From positions 1 through 64,000 of the forward strand of contig NJBH01000010.1 of NCBI GenBank assembly GCA_005223125.1: a stretch of 64,000 nucleotides of DNA. The letters run 5' to 3'. Numbering within the stretch: position 1 is the first letter of the stretch; each line of letters starts with the position of its first letter. Below are positions 11,201 to 21,600 of the stretch, piece by piece. The notes under the pieces were generated by a model. It did no database searches and was not told where the DNA came from. It saw only the letters and a list, made by a program, of their open reading frames with translations. The position numbers and the translations under genes are program-made. The DNA comes from Promethearchaeota archaeon Loki_b32. GTDB lineage: Archaea > Asgardarchaeota > Lokiarchaeia > Sigyniarchaeales > SOKP01.

Positions 11201-11984
11201 AATATGTCTTAAATAATGTTGAATTATTACTTTTTGTTGATTGAGCTATTACTGATTTAAATATTCCCATTAATTTTAATCTATCTCCGGGTTTTACAGT
11301 ATCTACTAAATCATGTGTTAAAATTGCTTGAACAGATCTAGGAATTCTTCCAGGAGGTAAATCTTCAGGTATCTCTTGTATCATAATACTTTGCCAATCA
11401 ATAAATTCTGAATTTTTAGATATTAATCTAAAATCTGTTTGTGCTCTAGCTTTACACCGTTTATTTGTACAAAATTTTGGCCACCTTATTCTTGAAGTCA
11501 ACTGTAATACCTCAAATTGAGCCCCACATAAACTACATTCAAATAATGCTTTTATTATCTTTGGTCTGATAGTAGAACATCTGACCAAAATACCTTTTGA
11601 CCAAACAAGTGTACCAATATGCTTTGCTCTTAATCCTCTTAAGTGTATAAATAATGAACTATTTTTATCTTTAGTTGTTATTCTTACGAAATATTCTTGA
11701 TTACTCAATGTTGCACCTTGAAACTTTAATAAGTTCTTGAATGCATCGACAGCATCTTCAAGTAGAGCTTCAGGATCTTTAACAAACATCTCAGCAATAT
11801 CAGGATCGCTGGACAATAAATCCTCATAAAAAATAATTAGGGTATTTCCCCCTTTTGCATAAATATCATTGATTTGATCTTGGTATTTGTACACGCCGGG
11901 GTTCTCTTGAAACAACCGATAAAAATCCTCAAAACGCTGAGTCTTATTAATCGGTTGACTAGGGCTTGGTAATGGAGTTGTCAT
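8286..11984 (-). CDS. mcm: MCM replicative helicase containing one intein (708 aa after splicing)
   Basis: Zn finger CSLC...CTNKRC, Walker A GDPGTGKS, IDEFDKM, arginine finger SRFD, C-terminal winged helix. Confidence 0.97.
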   Translation of the reverse strand: MTTPLPSPSQPINKTQRFEDFYRLFQENPGVYKYQDQINDIYAKGGNTLIIFYEDLLSSDPDIAEMFVKDPEALLEDAVDAFKNLLKFQGATLSNQEYFVRITTKDKNSSLFIHLRGLRAKHIGTLVWSKGILVRCSTIRPKIIKALFECSLCGAQFEVLQLTSRIRWPKFCTNKRCKARAQTDFRLISKNSEFIDWQSIMIQEIPEDLPPGRIPRSVQAILTHDLVDTVKPGDRLKLMGIFKSVIAQSTKSNNSTLFKTYFDINFIDPEDKTEDMIDLTKEDRKKIEDLSKEPLIQRKIARSIAPDIYGREDLKMASALSLFAGTRKKKPGGSYKRGDIHVLFVGDPGTGKSEILKSAIEVSPRGLYTSGKGSTAVGLTAAVIKEPDTGQMNLEAGVVVLANGGVAAIDEFDKMDTADRSALHEAMEQQSYHYDTEILSIDGKRIVIGEFIDNLIEKNNEKIKYGKDCEILKYNNLRLFTTDFKKIFKTNVNRVSRHKSPENYYKIMFTNGRSIVVTPEHPLFTYRNGILNCTKAENCIPGDFIPVPKYLPNSSDAVELYGKITSNHPLAKDIIIPRHLNPEVGRILGYLVSEGHSYKGSGAEIGFSNMNDTLLDDFYNLMKDVFKIKPCINQRDDGLKTLRYISINLYGWMMENFPEVMTISKYKRIPNKVLSSSRRIAKELLISAFKGDGSVESTAICYRTASKGLSVDYQDLLLKLGIHSRITYDKYNDSYKVYIRAQSLIQFYKEIVEDDDYRIKKIRNLIKPEIPKTHHHEIFPTSIIEMIVGLKKDLAIAYDGYFYRHLKKRHGITRNVFQKELAMIKDKYIKIKSIINKKIDIKEIRIESGYSQEILGHISGFNRSNIDYYERGGYGQKQREKLKLKINSALSSKIKIVEKKISYLNSLLNSEINWDRIKSIECIQNKGKNFTPWVYDITVEPNHTFISQGVILHNTVSIAKAGIVATLKAQTAIIAAANPYSGRYDRYKTPTQNIRLPPSLLSRFDLIFIVVDKPNPADDAQMAEFILKNSMMKPEETLEDNSTSIAPISRDLLKKYIKHARRTCNPILTDEAKERIKEFYLELRGQYDSEDAIISILARNLDALVRLSEAYAKMALRDKVLKEDVEAIIKIFKRYLKDTGYDETTGKIDMDRIFVGQSRSNLNKLESLMNRLKEIFEENNWKALEKSNVIQILELEESLDKKFIESALEELLKEGTIYEPKSNQIKFTNKEV
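9123..10694 (-). mobile_element. Intein (524 aa) with LAGLIDADG homing endonuclease in MCM
   Basis: Interrupts conserved EAMEQQ|TVSIAKAG; begins SYHYDT, block B TPEHP, LAGLIDADG-like LGYLVSEG and ISAFKGDG, block F VYDITV, ends ILHN; +1 residue Thr. Confidence 0.95.
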
Positions 11985-12155
11985 AATAAATCACATATAA
12001 TTCTTTTAATATACCTAAATGTTATTGTAGATTTTTAATCTATCTTATTAAACGAACTGACTTTTATTATAGGGTAAATAATAAATTGTAAAAAGAGCAA
12101 TGTGTCGCTCGATTTACTGAATTGTTATTACTATTATATTAAAAACAGTAATATT

Positions 12156-15100
12156 CTAATTTTCTTTTAATTCTTGAAGGATTCCACATATAATAGGGTC
12201 TTGACTCATCTCACATCTTATTTTCAAAAGAGAAATCACCCGTTTTTTAATTTTTTCATTCTCATACTTTACTGTCCGTCCTAAAATTAATGCAATTGAA
12301 CGTTGCGTCTCTAAAGACCCTTGATCACTAAGATTCTGCAATAACCTTGTTAAGATACGATTAAGCCCAATTTCCTGAATTAAGTCAATAAAACTGTTTA
12401 TAGCACTAGTTCGTACTTCCTTTGACTCATCTTCTAATAAAATAATAAATTTTTCAAATAAATCTTCAATCTGATTGCTGTAAAGCCTTATTAATCTAGT
12501 TGAAGCTTCTCTAACTTTAGGATCAGAACTTTTTAGATTATCTTGTAAGTGTTCAAATGGAAGATCAGAATTATTTACTTCTTTTATATTTGAAAGGATA
12601 TTCATAGCAGACCTGCGAACCCAATTTTGAGCATCATTAAGGAGGGAAACAAGTCTCTCAATAATTTTTCCCTTATCATCAATATGATTAACAATTTTTC
12701 CTAAGCTTGTAACTGCGGCTTCTCTGACAATCCATTCATCATCGATCAACGATTTATTTATTAAAACATCAACAACAGAAAAGGGAAGCTTATATCCAAT
12801 AAATCCTAGAATATTAACACTTATTTCACGGATAAATGAGTCTTGGTCATCGAGAAAATTTAGAATTTCTTGGACGGGAATAATATCTGGGGATTCTTTA
12901 GCAATTTCTAATAGGGATTTAGAAAGTACAATTCTCACAGATAATTCTTGGTTAACTAGAATCTCTAAGAATTCAGACATATGTGGTTTTATCAAAGAAG
13001 AATCTTTTTGAGCTATTCTTGAAATTATACTTGATAATATCTTCTTAACTTGTTTGTTCTTATCTTTTTGCAATAGTAAAAGAACTGGTTTAATATCAAT
13101 ATATTCAATAAATTCTTCAATCAAGCCATCTATTGAGTTAACAGCATTTAGCCTAATATCATTGTTTTCATCAGAGAAGTATCTTATTAGAGTTTGAATT
13201 ACATTTTTTGGATTAGTTTTACCGATATTGATTAAAGTTTTTGATATTATTCCTTTTGTTAGAAATTTCGAAACGTCTGGTATTTTGATTAGATTCTGGA
13301 ATATTAAATCAGGATTATTTTTATAATTTTGTACTAAAATATCTGAAATATTCTCTCTTAATTGTTCATTTTCGAATTTTATAAATACTAAGAGAATAGT
13401 AAGTATTTTATCAGGATCATATAGCCATAATTTTCCAAGAAGAGATACAAAACTGTTTAATATGTTAAAATTAGATGGATCGATTTTACTAATGATATTA
13501 TCAATCTCTAATAAATTTGGTTGTTCCTTAAAATATTTCTCTAAGACTTTGATTGCTGCAAGTCTGGTTTCTTCATTTGAATCAGTTAAACCTTCTAAAA
13601 ATGGTAAAATTGGAATATTAAATTTTTTAAAATTACCAATTCTCGCAAAAACATCGAAAATTGATGCCCTCACTGAAGTAGATGGATCTTTGGTTAAAGG
13701 AATTATTTTAGAAATCATCTTCTTGTTGATTTGTTTAACAGCAAGTTTTTTTATATTTTTAATCGCTGCAGCACTGATATTAGTATTATAGTGAAAAATT
13801 TTATCAAGCATAATATCAACAGGTAAGATAAAAGAAGAATCTGCTAAAAGATTAAGAATTTCAACTTGAATAGTGCTATCTGGGTCATTTATTAATTTTT
13901 CAATATTTAAGTTAAGAATTAAGTCTTGATTTTTATCTACCAATCTATTTAAAATTTTAAGTCCTAATTTTCTTAATCTCCATTCTGAATCTTCAATAAA
14001 ATTAAGGATTAAATCTTCAGGTAATTTTTCTATAAATTCTATATCTGCTTTTATAAGTGATTTCGTTATAGGGATACATTTATCATAATTCGGAGATCTA
14101 ACTGCTTCCAATATCCATGGTAATATTATTTCTGGAGCATCTTTTTCCAATTGAATCAAAATCTTATTACAAATTTTCCTAGAATTTGGATTATAATCAG
14201 ATAAACCATCAAGTAATGAATTTTTAAATTTCCATTCATTAAGATTTATCTCATTTTTTAGAGGAATTCTTTCAAACATCAAAAATAGAGTTTCTTCGGC
14301 ATGTTTTCTTATCTTAGGATCATTATTCTTGATAAAATTAAATAAAGGAATTGGATCAAATGTTTGTCCGCATTCTGTAATTTTAGAATACCTAATATTT
14401 GTGATGAATTCATTATTTCTTGATAATATGAAATACGAAGTAAAAATTACTAATACAATTTCTTCAATCACAGCTGCCCAAGCAAACATATAAAAATTGG
14501 GATAAATTTGAGTAGTAAAAGTCCATAAATTAAAAGTATATTGCAATTTGTCTGGATTAACAATCAAAAAATTGACTAAAACATTTACTCCAATTGAAGC
14601 CATTAAATATGCTGCGAAATAAATATCTATTCCTCTATATTTAATTTTTCTCCCCCAAAAGCGCGTAAAATATCCTAAAATTCCAAATAAAAGGGTCACA
14701 AATACGAAAACAGAAGTCATTGTCGAAATTGCCAGTCTTTGAGTAAAAAAGAACATTACAGTTTGGAATAATGAAATCCATGCCCAAACAAATACAAATA
14801 ACATTAAACCCAATAAAATATAGGGGCCTGGATCAGACAAAAATTGTTTCATTCCCCTTTTACTGTCCTCAAAATTAATGAAAATAGATCGTCTTATATC
14901 CGGAATATGGTAATAAACATTTGAAATTCCAGCTATATATCCCTTAGATCCATAAAAAGTCAAAATCATTAAAGGGTATACAAGCATCCATGTTATCCAA
15001 ATCATTATAAAGGGTAAACCAAGTAAAGACAGTAATATAGGCGGGAAAATGAATACTAATAAATAAAAAACTAAAGCACATAAAATCTTTACAAGCTTAT

Positions 15101-15509
15101 TACTTGAAATATTTATAATTTTATTGCTAATAAATTTATGAAAAGGCGTTAATCCTTCATCTGATTCTTTACTTAAAGCTATAAAAAGGAAATCTATCAT
15201 CGGATAAAATGTAATATAACTTAAGCAACAAATAAAAGGTATTAGTAATGCTAGAGGATGAACTTCAGGTGGAGTAGTCTGTGGGTCCCAGAATTCGTCT
15301 GTTCTTACAGCATAGATAACAGCAACAGTGAAAACAACCAAGATGGATAAACTAAAAATAATTCCATAAAATATACATTGGATTCTATCTTTATTTCTAA
15401 ATTCCCCCTTTTTAACCAATGCAACTTGTTTATAAATGATGTAGAACCCTATTATAAAGAAAATTAAAAAGACTAAAAGAAGGATTATTTCTATTACCAA
15501 GATTTTCAC
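12156..15509 (-). CDS. Multi-pass membrane protein fused to long HEAT-repeat solenoid
   Basis: About 360 aa with many hydrophobic helices, then repeats like DEWIVREAAVTSLG, DAQNWVRRSAMNIL, DESKEVRTSAINS. Confidence 0.85.
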   Translation of the reverse strand: MKILVIEIILLLVFLIFFIIGFYIIYKQVALVKKGEFRNKDRIQCIFYGIIFSLSILVVFTVAVIYAVRTDEFWDPQTTPPEVHPLALLIPFICCLSYITFYPMIDFLFIALSKESDEGLTPFHKFISNKIINISSNKLVKILCALVFYLLVFIFPPILLSLLGLPFIMIWITWMLVYPLMILTFYGSKGYIAGISNVYYHIPDIRRSIFINFEDSKRGMKQFLSDPGPYILLGLMLFVFVWAWISLFQTVMFFFTQRLAISTMTSVFVFVTLLFGILGYFTRFWGRKIKYRGIDIYFAAYLMASIGVNVLVNFLIVNPDKLQYTFNLWTFTTQIYPNFYMFAWAAVIEEIVLVIFTSYFILSRNNEFITNIRYSKITECGQTFDPIPLFNFIKNNDPKIRKHAEETLFLMFERIPLKNEINLNEWKFKNSLLDGLSDYNPNSRKICNKILIQLEKDAPEIILPWILEAVRSPNYDKCIPITKSLIKADIEFIEKLPEDLILNFIEDSEWRLRKLGLKILNRLVDKNQDLILNLNIEKLINDPDSTIQVEILNLLADSSFILPVDIMLDKIFHYNTNISAAAIKNIKKLAVKQINKKMISKIIPLTKDPSTSVRASIFDVFARIGNFKKFNIPILPFLEGLTDSNEETRLAAIKVLEKYFKEQPNLLEIDNIISKIDPSNFNILNSFVSLLGKLWLYDPDKILTILLVFIKFENEQLRENISDILVQNYKNNPDLIFQNLIKIPDVSKFLTKGIISKTLINIGKTNPKNVIQTLIRYFSDENNDIRLNAVNSIDGLIEEFIEYIDIKPVLLLLQKDKNKQVKKILSSIISRIAQKDSSLIKPHMSEFLEILVNQELSVRIVLSKSLLEIAKESPDIIPVQEILNFLDDQDSFIREISVNILGFIGYKLPFSVVDVLINKSLIDDEWIVREAAVTSLGKIVNHIDDKGKIIERLVSLLNDAQNWVRRSAMNILSNIKEVNNSDLPFEHLQDNLKSSDPKVREASTRLIRLYSNQIEDLFEKFIILLEDESKEVRTSAINSFIDLIQEIGLNRILTRLLQNLSDQGSLETQRSIALILGRTVKYENEKIKKRVISLLKIRCEMSQDPIICGILQELKEN

Positions 15510-15624
15510 GAGATTTTTAAATTATTAATAAAATTATAGTATGTTTATTTCTCTTGTATCACTTTTGTATAGTATATAAAGATTTATTAATGTATTAAAT
15601 CTGGTGTATTTATTATTGGAAATA

Positions 15625-16164
15625 ATGGAAGAACGCTTAGCTAATTCCTTGAATAGGATAAATTTTATTTTTCGAAATGAAAAAATTATTGCTGAGTGCA
15701 TAAAGAATTCTGAGGGTTTTTCTCTTTTAGGAGAATCTTTTGGTCCTTTCGAGAAAGGAAAAAAATATAAATTAAAGCTATTTTCTGCCATTCAATTTAT
15801 TGAAAAAGACATTTTAAAAGTAGCACCTACAGAAAAATGTGATAATATTGATGTTCAGCGTTATGCCATAAGCGAGAGAGATGATCCAAAACTAATTAAA
15901 AGATCGAATAGCTATTTTTTAAATAAAATAAGGGAATTCAAAACATTCATGGAAAACGAAATAAATAAAAAAAATAAACCAGTAATAGATTTGGATAGAT
16001 ACAATTCATATACTTCAAATATTATTGACAGTCGGTTATTAAAACTATTAAAATTATCACGGGCAGAATTATCTTTAGAGGATGAGAGAATATTAACAAA
16101 TTCTGAGAAACTACTCTACGATTATTTATATCATCTCATTAAAATATGGAGAGATTTCTTTTAA
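15625..16164 (+). CDS. GINS23-type (B-A domain order) replication factor
   Basis: N-terminal B-domain pattern (FGPFEKGKKYKLKLFSAIQF) followed by helical A domain (RLLKLLKLS...LTNSEKLLY); near mcm. ATG at 15625 preferred over GTG 15604. Confidence 0.7.
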   Translation: MEERLANSLNRINFIFRNEKIIAECIKNSEGFSLLGESFGPFEKGKKYKLKLFSAIQFIEKDILKVAPTEKCDNIDVQRYAISERDDPKLIKRSNSYFLNKIREFKTFMENEINKKNKPVIDLDRYNSYTSNIIDSRLLKLLKLSRAELSLEDERILTNSEKLLYDYLYHLIKIWRDFF

Positions 16165-16208
16165 ATTCACTAGAGTTAAAACTATTTTTATATTTGATTG
16201 AAGATATA

Positions 16209-16883
16209 TTAGAATTTTATCCGGTTTGTCCCATATTTCTTGAAATATGCTTCAATATGATCTGCAATTTCTTTAGTAATTTCTAATTTAGGTAATAAAT
16301 CGAATGCATTGCTCATTGCATAATACTGAACATTATTTTCTAAGATTATCTCTTTTACACTTTTTCTATCATCTCTTAGTTCGTTTCTATTTGTTAAACC
16401 TATAGCTGCAATGATTTTCACGTTTAATTCCCTCAATTTTTTAATTGTATTGACTAGAGAATCCCCAGTAGTTGTAACATCCTCAATAATAACTGTTTCT
16501 CCATTAGGAACTCCTAGAAAGAATCTGTCTTTAGGATCTCCATGTTCTTTTTGTTTACCTCTCCCCATTGAGAGAATATAAACTCCAGATTTATAATTTT
16601 CCTGATTTTTTGCCCATTTATATTGTGTGATAATACCTATTTTTGTGGCGCCCTCTGGAACACCATAAAAACACTTTGGATTTAAACCTAAATAATTAAT
16701 ATATAAAAAAATATAATCAGTTAACTGATCAAGTAAGAAAACATCGGATGAAATATTCCTCCAATTTATATACCAAAAAGATAATCTGCCAGACTTCAGT
16801 TTTATAGGTTCTCTAAATAATCCGATGATATTATTATTAACTATGAAATTATAAAAATTTTCTTTTTCATTTTCCCAACTCAT
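16209..16883 (-). CDS. pyrE: Orotate phosphoribosyltransferase
   Basis: LKSGRLS, KEHG loop, PRPP-binding VIIEDVTTTGDS. Confidence 0.85.
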   Translation of the reverse strand: MSWENEKENFYNFIVNNNIIGLFREPIKLKSGRLSFWYINWRNISSDVFLLDQLTDYIFLYINYLGLNPKCFYGVPEGATKIGIITQYKWAKNQENYKSGVYILSMGRGKQKEHGDPKDRFFLGVPNGETVIIEDVTTTGDSLVNTIKKLRELNVKIIAAIGLTNRNELRDDRKSVKEIILENNVQYYAMSNAFDLLPKLEITKEIADHIEAYFKKYGTNRIKF

Positions 16884-16894
16884 AAGAAAGATCC

Positions 16895-17413
16895 TTACTC
16901 TTTTAATGTTAAATATTCTTTTCTCGCTTTAGCATATTCTTCTCCGCTAATTTTACCTTCTAGGAACAACTTTTCTTTTTCCCGCATGGATTTCCTTTTT
17001 TGAGCTAATTCTTTCTTTCTTTCAGCATTAGTAAAATTTTTTGAAATAGCCTGAGCTAATTTTACAATTTGTTTATTATTTTTCTTCAAAAGATTATTTA
17101 GATATTTTCTTATTGGTTTAGCCATTTCAATATCTTTTCTTGAAATTTCTTCAATGCGAGTCAGAGCCATTATTATTGTTTCGTTATCATCACCTTCCAA
17201 AACACTCACTAATCTTGGGATTGCCACATCAGTCATAATTTCATCGAGATATTTCTCAACTTCCTTTTTTGCATTTCCGTAGCTACCTAATTGCTTGGTT
17301 CTTATATATTCGATGAAAAGTAACGGTAATTCAATCGGCCACTCTGCCATATCTTCTTTGTCGATTAATTGTACAAATCCGCCATCTTTCTTTTTAAAGA
17401 TTCTTATATCCAA
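16895..17413 (-). CDS. Hypothetical protein with short HEAT-like segment and C-terminal SHOCT-like motif
   Basis: AIPRLVSVLEGDD HEAT-like; FLEGKISGEEYAKARKEYL resembles SHOCT; overlaps top6A stop. Confidence 0.6.
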   Translation of the reverse strand: MDIRIFKKKDGGFVQLIDKEDMAEWPIELPLLFIEYIRTKQLGSYGNAKKEVEKYLDEIMTDVAIPRLVSVLEGDDNETIIMALTRIEEISRKDIEMAKPIRKYLNNLLKKNNKQIVKLAQAISKNFTNAERKKELAQKRKSMREKEKLFLEGKISGEEYAKARKEYLTLKE

Positions 17414-18600
17414 TCACCTGTAGTTAGTTTTTCTGGCAAGTATTTATCTGTTAAAAATTTAAACCCGTGAGAAGCAAATGCTTGTATTTCAGCTTTTATT
17501 TTCATTTTAAGAGCTAACTTAAGATCAGCTTCCCATGCTTTATTTTTTTTAACGAAATCTTCGTTTAATAGATCCTTCGTGCGTTTTTCGTCTTGCTTAT
17601 TCATCTTTATCCGGACTTCTTGAGGGATATTATATTTGTCTAAATCTCTGGTCAAAACACCTAGGAGTTTTATATTCGGTGTTGCAAGAAAAGGTGATTC
17701 ATAACTTAACCTTTTAGAACCTCTCAAATATACTGAGTGAATGTAATGACCATAAGGATCACTATCAACTAAGCTAAAGATTGGAAGATTTAATTCTTTA
17801 CTTAATCTCTTTAAAAACATTCTTACTGCAACATTCCCAACACCCTGAGCGGTTAAAAGGATGCAAGGATACTTTCTCCAAAATCTAGCTTCAGCCAAGC
17901 GCATCATAGCAGCATCTTTTTCTATTACTAAGATAAATTCAGCATCAGATTCAATTATTTCAATATTATCGAGCATCGGCGAAATTGTCCATCCTCCACT
18001 ACCTAATCCTTCTAAATCAATAATATCACTTCGATCACGAATCCTTAGTCTTCCTACACATGTACCTTTGGGGGCCGCTACAATATGAGTTGAATTTCTG
18101 GTTGTATATAACATAGTAGCAACATCCTCAATGCTTTTATCACTATTTTTTTGTTCTTGAAACAAATTAACATCAGTATAGAAGATTTCCCTTTTTGTAG
18201 CATGAATATCTTCATTAAGAAGTTCATTTACAACCTCCAAAACTCTCATTAGTCTAGTAATATCTGCAACACTAGTAAGCGTATGAAATTGTTTTTCCAT
18301 AATTTGTTTACCAAGTAATAATAAATCATTCTCTTCGTCCCAAATGATATTTGAGCTTGATCTAGATGGTAACTCAATTGATGGTCGTCCAGTGCTGTAA
18401 ATCTTTTCAAGAACTTTATCAATTAATTTATATAATCGATCATGCATTTCTTTTCTATTAAGATCATCAATTTTTACTGTATCTGGTGGAAAATCAATAT
18501 TTCTTATTTCTTTTCCTTTTTCTAAATATTCTAGGTACAAATTTTTTGCTGCTCGTAAATCATAAACATTATTATTTTGCTTTTTAGCCATTTTTTTCAC
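17404..18600 (-). CDS. top6A: DNA topoisomerase VI subunit A (Spo11 family)
   Basis: TKREIFY catalytic Tyr, IEKDA and DSDPYG TOPRIM motifs, KAEIQA. Confidence 0.96.
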   Translation of the reverse strand: MKKMAKKQNNNVYDLRAAKNLYLEYLEKGKEIRNIDFPPDTVKIDDLNRKEMHDRLYKLIDKVLEKIYSTGRPSIELPSRSSSNIIWDEENDLLLLGKQIMEKQFHTLTSVADITRLMRVLEVVNELLNEDIHATKREIFYTDVNLFQEQKNSDKSIEDVATMLYTTRNSTHIVAAPKGTCVGRLRIRDRSDIIDLEGLGSGGWTISPMLDNIEIIESDAEFILVIEKDAAMMRLAEARFWRKYPCILLTAQGVGNVAVRMFLKRLSKELNLPIFSLVDSDPYGHYIHSVYLRGSKRLSYESPFLATPNIKLLGVLTRDLDKYNIPQEVRIKMNKQDEKRTKDLLNEDFVKKNKAWEADLKLALKMKIKAEIQAFASHGFKFLTDKYLPEKLTTGDWI

Positions 18601-18601
18601 C

Positions 18602-21600
18602 TCAATTCAATTTCCAATGTTTTCTACCCATCTTAACTTCAACTTGCACTTGTCCTTTACGCTCTAATTCTTTTAATTTCAATTGAAGGTATCGAGCATC
18701 CATCATATCTTTAATTCTTAATTTAAAAATAAGGTGTTTTATGGTTTGCCATTCATTTGATAATACTGAAATTATTCTATCAGTGGTAATGAGAGGTAGT
18801 TTTGTTTGAGTTGATTTTCGTATTGAAGGTGCTTTTTGAGGTGCAGTTAGGATGGGTGCTTTCTTCACAGAAGTTATTAAAGGTTTAGGTGTTTCTGTAA
18901 TAGTTTCTAACACCTTGGGTTTAGGCTTCTCTGGCTTTTTTATAACTTTCTCCGTAGTAAATGAGTCTAGAATCTTTTCAATAATCTCATTTTTTCTTGC
19001 TTTTGAGAGTGTTTCAATATCTTGCTCCTTACAATAATCTTTGAGTTCTTTGATTGTCCAGTTAAGTAAAGTTTTTTTAGAAATCATTGCTTTTTTTAGT
19101 TTCGGTTTTTGCATGGTTATTACTTTTTCAGGAGGGATCGTTTCTTTAAGAGTCTCTACTTCCTTTTCATCTTCTTTTACGATTTCTGGTTTTTTTACCT
19201 CAGGTATTTCGGGTTTCAAATCCATTGCAATAACAGGAACTGGTTTTTTCCCAATTGCTCCCTTCATTAAATCTTCAATTTCTTTAATGTCTACTCTTGC
19301 TTTGTATTTACTCTCCCCTCGAGATGCTATATTATATACACTTTTAGCAAATAAAGGGATATATTTCTCTATTAAACTAGCTCTTTTTTCACTTTTATAT
19401 ATGCTAGCTCTTCTATTAATATATATTCGTAATCTTCTTCCTATTGCCTCAAGACAAACTTTAATTTCTTTAATTAATTCTTCATCATCAGCTAAAGCAT
19501 TTTTTGATTGTGATTTAAACATTAAATGCACAAAAGGACCCGAAACATTAACTAACAGCTTTATAGGTCCTCGTGGTAAGCCATTATCATAAGTTTCAAG
19601 ATTATAATTCTTCCAATTTACAGATTGAACTGCTTTTGTTATAGCACAATCAGCATTATCTCTTAATTTCGGAGTTCTATTTACAAATCGAGATAAAACA
19701 TCCCTTGATCGTTTTGGAACTTCAATATTTCTGGAATAAGCCAATACAGCCTCAACTACGTATGCTAATCCTTTTCCGCTAGTAGGCGTTCTTGTTTCTG
19801 CTGCTACAAAATCATCATCTTTAGTATATGTTTCAAGGAAATAGTCAAAAACATCGTGGTAGCTATCTATAGAATCAATATCTGAAAAGGTAAGAACATC
19901 ATCAATCGTTTGTTTTATTTGTCGGAATTCCAAAGTTTCATCGATGATATCAATAGTTCCCAATATTTCTGAATTTAAATCAATAATCTCTCCTGTATCT
20001 ATCTTAATATTAGCGATTGCATCCTTTAGATTCTCAGTTTCTTCCTCCAACAATGCGTTCTTTTTTTCATCGAATAATAATTCCGTTGTTTTACGAATAG
20101 TATCGATTGGTGCATCAAAATCATCATTATTATCTGAAATTCGTAATCCAATTTCTTTAATTAAAGTATTCTCCAAAATTGATTCTCCTACGGGAATTGC
20201 CGTGTCTGTTGGAGGGGCCATATATTTCATTGATTTGAAAGCAAGGAATAGAGAATTGAATTGCTCTTTTGTTAAGTCAATAGGTTTTACTTTAGATATT
20301 TGAACTTTTGTAACTAAATCTTCAAAATCTGTTCGTTTCTTAAATTTTTTTAATTCAATTAATCCATCTTTAGCATTTCGAAATAAATCATTTAAATTTC
20401 CCTTAGTTTTGTCTTTTTCTTTTCTAATACTCTCAATATTTTTCAAATATTTCCTGATTTCTCTTTCTAAAGCTTTAATTTCTTTTTGAGTTACAGTTTT
20501 TTCAATTTGATTATTTAATTTCTTAATCTCTTTATTTGAGTTTTCAATATCCTTTATGAATTTGCTATAGTCTGATATTAAATCCCCATATTTTTCCTTA
20601 AGTTCTTCTGATTCAACTTGATATATTATTAATTTATCTCGTGGTTTAGTTGAGCGCCCATATATCCTTTTTTCATGTCTAATGAAATAAATTTGATCTT
20701 CTTTTTTCTTTATTGAATTTACAAAACCATCTTTTAGAATTAGGAAATTATAGTTATCTTGTAAGTCTCTTTCGGCAATATCAACAATTTCTTTAGCTAT
20801 TTTTGAACTCATTCTGACAAAATTTTCTTGTAAAAACGCGGATATAGATTTATTTTCTGATTTTGTAATCAAATCTTGTAAATCTCCTATATTAACCGAA
20901 GAAGGATGAGGTTTGGCATATTTAGGTTCGGATGGAAAAGAAGTAGCCAATCTACGGTAAATTTTTTCCTTACCATATGGATCAATATATATAATTGTAA
21001 AATGAGGATTCATAAATGCAGTTTCTTCAATATATTTCTCAGTATATCCTCTAATATATCGTACATTTAAATAATTCAACTTGATATAGGTCCCATGTAA
21101 AAAGGGGCTATCAATTTTAGTCGGATGGATTAAATACTTTTTTTCATTTTTTGAAGTAGTGAAAAATTCAGAACAAGTGGCATAAACATTATCAATCGTT
21201 TTTGAAACCGTAATAATCGGTTTGCCTGTGGTATTTTGAGCGTCGCTAAAAGCACTTGGGGCTCCAAAGCCTTGACTACCTCTTGTTTGTTTTAGTTCCA
21301 TAGATTTTGATGACGCCAGATATTTTCCAAATTTTCTTAAATCAATTTTTGACATTCCGGTACCATTATCAAATATTTCAAAAGTGTAACTCATAATATT
21401 TTTCTGACTAATTTCAGAAGTTAAAAATGAAGGGGCTTCAAATTCTCTAATACGAACAATCACTATTGGTTCTACATCAATTATAAATTCTACAGGTTTA
21501 ATTATCTCATTCATGTCATCAATTATTCTTCTCACTTCTTCCTCAACTTCTAGTTCTTCCTTATCGGTTATTTCCCCAGACTCTTCTTCTTTTACTTCTA

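Noticed and set aside
11985-12155. Possible sRNA upstream of mcm (two CTGA boxes, GAGC/GCTC hairpin)
   Set aside because: No convincing C box or terminal stem; compatible with chance.
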